From: Dendrobates tinctorius
Lineage: Eukaryota
DNA: 64,000 bases
NCBI RefSeq assembly: GCF_039654945.1
Contig: NW_027361842.1
Location: 7,936,001 to 8,000,000 of the forward strand
Direction: 5' to 3'
In this document: one piece after another, positions 62,561 to 64,000 of the stretch
How positions within the stretch are numbered: position 1 is the stretch's first letter
How the letters are laid out: each line of letters begins with the position of its first letter
Translations under genes and position numbers: made by a program
Notes under the pieces: model-generated
Databases searched by the model: none
The model's input: only the letters and a program-made list of their open reading frames with translations
Told to the model about the DNA's origin: nothing

Positions 62561-64000
62561 AACTCACTAATATATGCTGCAGCAACGCCTCCCTTCTCTC
62601 TTCCTTAGGCTTGGCACTTCACTCTCAAGGTGGTTGTTATCAGAAAGGATCCGGGAGGTTAAAATCAAATATGTCTTATCCTACTATCTTTCAATATTAG
62701 TCATCCTTGGAGAATCTCCTTTAAGACCACCATAGACATTTAGATTAAAGCCGGCGAAACCCACTGATCGTCTGATGTGTATGGAGGCCCCCCGACGTTA
62801 TCTGATGGGGAAATAAGGATTAGACAACTGACGATTAACCCTCTTAATCTCCATCGATTTTCTTTTTTCTCGCCTTTATCCAAGAGCCACAATTTATTCA
62901 TTTTCTCCAGTGAAATAGCTGTAGGAGAATTTTTTTTCTTGTGAGACTAGTTGTAGTTTTTAATGGCACCATTCATTTTACTGAAAATCTACAAGAAATG
63001 GTGAAAAAAAGCCTTGCAATTCCACCATTATTTTTCTAGTTCTGTTTTTGCAGTGTTTGTGATAAAATTTAGCTAAGAAATGTGTTAATTTTTTGGAAAA
63101 TATTTGGGTTTGTGTTGTTTTCTGAGATCAGTAACGTTTTTATTTTTCCGTAAGTGTCTGTGATGTGAGAGCTTTAAATATATATTTTTTAGATGGCTAG
63201 TATGTGGGATGTCTGTATGTGGGATTATCAGTGGCATTTACTTGGTTAAACAGCAAACCCCTGTCACTGCTGTTAGAGGCAGATGCTGGCTGTGGAACAT
63301 AGCCGGCATCTGCTCCTCAGCCTGCACCATTGAATTAACCACTACTTTCTGTAATCGGCAGGGAATGTTCCCCCACCCCCATCCTTTTTGTCTCCAGATG
63401 AGATGGCCACTGCCAGGAGCACGTGAACTTTCAGTGGAGCATTTGTGTATGGGGCAGTCGGGAGAGAGCGCTATTAATCTGACAATAACCTTAATACACA
63501 TTGAATTGTTGGCCAGTCCTGCCAAAATGGGCAAGTAGGCCTCTGACGGTCAAATGGGTATTGGTGCCTTTACTGACCCGTACCTTTAAACTGTACTATG
63601 ATGTAAACCAATGGACTTTTTAGCTTTTTCTATAATTTACAAAAGCCTTTAGTGTATTATCTTTTTTTCTTTGTTGTTGTTTTGTTTTTCCATTGTTCTT
63701 GCGCTCTTCTACAGATTTATTAGGTAAAGTCATTGTGAATCAAGATCCGTTCTGTAATAGCCGCTGTCATTGTTTTATAGTCTTCCCTATCGAGTGCCGT
63801 CTGCTTGCAGACTAGATAATGTTGATTGTCAGGTATAAAAGACACCGCAAGCAAAAGTCGTAGTCCTCCAAGACGGTCAGCATGCAATGAAGATACCTTA
63901 TGATTTTTACACTTGCACTTTTACACTTAAACTTTTTACGCTTACTGCAGTTACTTTAGTTTTTTGATGTTTTTCACCTTTTTTCTTAATGTTTCCTTTT

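Overview
Eukaryotic, transposon-dense vertebrate DNA. The TE families point to an anuran (frog or toad) genome. Bases 1-32.3 kb are almost entirely nested mobile elements, in four groups. (1) A Tc1 element holds a Penelope-like (Neptune-type) retroelement whose direct repeats carry a hammerhead ribozyme motif. That element holds a full-length 7,982-bp PIF/Harbinger transposon (spliced DDE transposase plus a 6-exon MADF/BESS-like gene), which in turn holds a palindromic MITE. (2) A chromoviral Ty3/Gypsy element holds a solo LTR, which holds a MITE. (3) A second Tc1 holds a non-autonomous Gypsy, which holds an L2 LINE and a young non-autonomous Gypsy. (4) In the right half, a TTAA element holds a Tc1, which holds a solo LTR. 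At about 32.3-33.9 kb there is a CpG-rich candidate bidirectional promoter, with three phase-consistent coding exons of an unidentified host gene on the minus strand and a probable non-coding first exon on the plus strand. The rest of the right half is intron-like DNA with minisatellites (33, 68 and about 36 bp units) and degraded Tc1, TTAA and MITE elements. Most notable observations: (a) splice signals suggest the Penelope RT-endonuclease lies inside an optional intron, so a spliced mRNA would make a separate ORF1-like protein; (b) a variant minimal hammerhead in both pLTR copies; (c) tRNA-independent self-priming signatures, with covariation, in all three Gypsy elements; (d) two independent Gag-plus-integrase-zinc-finger non-autonomous elements, one with the gag/pol frameshift converted to an in-frame fusion. 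All coordinates were read by eye and no searches were run.
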